Shown piece after piece: positions 61,862 through 64,000 of a stretch of DNA of 64,000 nucleotides. Source of the stretch: Candidatus Thorarchaeota archaeon (GTDB lineage Archaea > Asgardarchaeota > Thorarchaeia > Thorarchaeales > Thorarchaeaceae); the NCBI GenBank assembly GCA_048882045.1, contig JBHLRZ010000006.1:55969-119968 (forward strand). The letters run 5' to 3'. The notes beneath the pieces are model-generated. The model was not told where the DNA came from. It saw nothing but the letters and a program-made list of their open reading frames with translations, and searched no databases. The first letter of the stretch is position 1. Every line of letters begins with the position of its first letter. The translations under genes were made by a program, and so were the position numbers.

Positions 61862-63259
61862 ATGGAATTCGATAATCTAAAAGACGAACTGCTTTCAGTG
61901 ACCGATACTGGGCTCAAATACGCAGGGTCTTTGGACAGTTCTGCGGAGTTTGAGATCTTTGTTTCGTATCAGAATGAAGTTTCAGCAAGTATCAGCCAAG
62001 GAATTGTAACGGCGAAAGATGGCGCAACAGCAGGAGCTGCAGTGAGAGCTGCAAAAGGAAAACGCATCGGTTTTGCAGTTGCGAGTGGTGTATCTCCAGA
62101 TAGAATAAAACTAGCAACAAGGGAAGCGTTATCGATCATCAACAGTATTGACGTAGAAGATGTCAGGTTCCGAGGATTTTCTGATCCAAGAGGGAAGGGA
62201 AAGGAGGGAGCCTTTTGTGATGACATCTTGTCAATTGAATCAAAGGACCTCATAAAGAGCTGCGAAGAAATCATCGATGAAGCTAAAGCGGTTGATGAGC
62301 GCATAAAGGTAGTTTCAGCAGCAGCCGCCGCCGCCTGGAGAGGCTATTCGGTAGGCAACACACGAGGAATTCTGGAAGCAACGATAAGTGGTGACAATGA
62401 CTGTCAATGCGGGGCATATGCAATCGAGGGTGAGGAAAGACGCAGTGGAATGCACTTTGATGTATCTAGAGAGAGGCTATACAATCCAGAGGGAGTAGGA
62501 AAGGTTGCGGCTGAACTTGCCATCGATCTTCTAGGTGCTGAGAAACTAGACTTCAAAGGCAAGATTCCAACTATCTGGACACCAATTCCTGCAGCACTCT
62601 TTGTCATGTCCAGTCTGGCTAGATCCGCCTTAGGTGATGCTGTCGTAGAGGGGATTTCACCTCTTTGTGACAAAATTGGAGACACAGTCGCATCCAAAGA
62701 CCTTACAATCATAGACAACGGACAGAGTAGGCTTGGACTGGGAACTGAAGCAATCGACGCTGAAGGACAACCGCAAAGGACGAATTCAATAATTGAGAGA
62801 GGAGTGCTGAAGAACTACCTATTTGATCACTACTATGGTACAGCCTTTGGTCTTGAATCAACAGGAAATTGTGGACGAAGTGGAGGATTCTTCAGTGCGG
62901 GTGCTACCCCCTTCGAAGCAGGTCCTTCTGTGTCAACCAAGTGGATGGAGGTCAAAAAAGGAATAAAGTCAGAGAAGGAAATTGTCGAGTCTATAGATGG
63001 AAAGGCGGTTCTCATTCGTGATTTCCCAATGGGCATATTTCACTCAATTGTGGCGACAGGTGAGTTTTCATGCGTTGCTGGTTCTGCCTATCTCGTTGAG
63101 AAGGGAGAAATGAAAGGTTCTCTGGAACCAGTTTCAATCGCTGGCAACTATTATGAAGGATTTGAGAAACTTCGTACCATAGGTGGTGATAACTGGCCTC
63201 TACCTTGGGGGATAGACATCCCAACACTTGTCTTTGACGACTTCACAGTTGTTGGATAG
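61862..63259 (+). CDS. pmbA: PmbA/TldE family protein
   Basis: follows tldD; DAEG, IERGVLKNYL, STGN, TGEFS; no HExxH. Confidence 0.88.
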   Translation: MEFDNLKDELLSVTDTGLKYAGSLDSSAEFEIFVSYQNEVSASISQGIVTAKDGATAGAAVRAAKGKRIGFAVASGVSPDRIKLATREALSIINSIDVEDVRFRGFSDPRGKGKEGAFCDDILSIESKDLIKSCEEIIDEAKAVDERIKVVSAAAAAAWRGYSVGNTRGILEATISGDNDCQCGAYAIEGEERRSGMHFDVSRERLYNPEGVGKVAAELAIDLLGAEKLDFKGKIPTIWTPIPAALFVMSSLARSALGDAVVEGISPLCDKIGDTVASKDLTIIDNGQSRLGLGTEAIDAEGQPQRTNSIIERGVLKNYLFDHYYGTAFGLESTGNCGRSGGFFSAGATPFEAGPSVSTKWMEVKKGIKSEKEIVESIDGKAVLIRDFPMGIFHSIVATGEFSCVAGSAYLVEKGEMKGSLEPVSIAGNYYEGFEKLRTIGGDNWPLPWGIDIPTLVFDDFTVVG

Positions 63260-63362
63260 AAACATTGAATTTGGAGGCTCAAAAGTGGGTCTCCATTCCT
63301 TCCAAGCTTTTACGCTAATCCGACCGCTAATATATTCCCAATGCATCTATTTGCCGGTTATT

Positions 63363-64000
63363 ATGAGATTCAGAATAATTCTGGTTACATCTCTGCTAAT
63401 TTTCTCATCAGTACTCTCTAGTCATCAGATCACACAACCAATAGATGCTGTTGATGATGTATCCGAAATGAAAGTCATGATAGTATTGATGGATGGATTT
63501 GGCTGGAACTATTTTGATGCAAAAGACATACTGGAATCATACGGAGTCAACGTAACAACTGTGGCGTACGCGCTTGACTATGATATTGACTCATGTTACA
63601 ACAGAGCTCCAAGACCTATCACAGCTGATCTTCTTCTGTCTGAAATGACTCCAGAGATGGTCCAGCAGTTTCATTGCTTGTTAGTCACTTCTGGTGGTCA
63701 TTGGGCGAATATGATTGCTAGCGATATTGTTATGACATTCATTTCAGACGCTTTCAACGCTGGATTGATAGTTGCATCAATATGTACAGGAACAAGAATG
63801 GTAGCAGAGGCTAATGATATCGTAAATGGAAGCAAGGTCGTGGAATACACACTCAGCAGCGCACAGATGACTCAAGCTGGTGCCACACCAGTATATGGTC
63901 TAGAGGCTGTCGCTGATGGGCAAATCATTACTGGAGGTCGAGGAGGTGGCCCAACTGGAGGAGGAAATTTGGAAGCTCCAACTTCGGAAGTCTGTGCAGA
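63363..64000 (+). CDS. secreted DJ-1/PfpI family protein (3'-truncated; absent from the ORF track)
   Basis: hand translation MRFRIILVTSLLIFSSVLS...LLVTSGG...VASICTG...ADGQIITG. Confidence 0.75.
   Translation, partial: MRFRIILVTSLLIFSSVLSSHQITQPIDAVDDVSEMKVMIVLMDGFGWNYFDAKDILESYGVNVTTVAYALDYDIDSCYNRAPRPITADLLLSEMTPEMVQQFHCLLVTSGGHWANMIASDIVMTFISDAFNAGLIVASICTGTRMVAEANDIVNGSKVVEYTLSSAQMTQAGATPVYGLEAVADGQIITGGRGGGPTGGGNLEAPTSEVCA

Noticed and set aside
60419-63259. tldD/pmbA with the radical SAM gene as a RiPP cluster
   Set aside because: They are more than 50 kb apart, with no precursor peptide or YcaO; tldD/pmbA pairs are common in archaea.
1-64000. CRISPR arrays, tRNA/rRNA genes, integrases, transposases
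   Set aside because: No regularly spaced repeats, cloverleaf/T-loop signatures or recombinase motifs were seen by eye; a tRNAscan/Infernal run is still advisable.

Overview
Gene-dense archaeal chromosomal segment with GGAGG/GGTGA ribosome sites, TATA-like boxes and a Sec11-type signal peptidase. The multidomain longin/small-GTPase genes point to an Asgard archaeon, plausibly Thorarchaeia (inference). Most genes are housekeeping or catabolic: aspA, ggt, kbl, ppa, nadA, larB, tldD/pmbA, GNATs, MFS transporters and a PAS histidine kinase. No tRNA, rRNA, CRISPR array, integrase or intact transposase was recognised. Highlights: (1) At 44038-49478, between a HAD gene and nadA, two unrelated surface/membrane cargo genes are separated by a fused scar of a diverged nadA 3' end (mostly synonymous changes) and a diverged HAD 3' end. 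This gives two tandem [HAD3'-cargo-nadA3'] units, suggesting additive capture of a relative's allele at a variable slot. (2) An adjacent paralog pair has longin-GTPase-longin-winged-helix architecture, one with an intact Arf-like G domain and one with a pseudo-GTPase. (3) A candidate structured ncRNA lies at about 15229-15330. (4) An identical 14-bp palindrome precedes two orphan small ORFs. (5) An Eco31I/Alw26I-type m6A plus circularly permuted m5C methyltransferase pair has no adjacent endonuclease. All calls come from reading motifs by eye; no searches were run.
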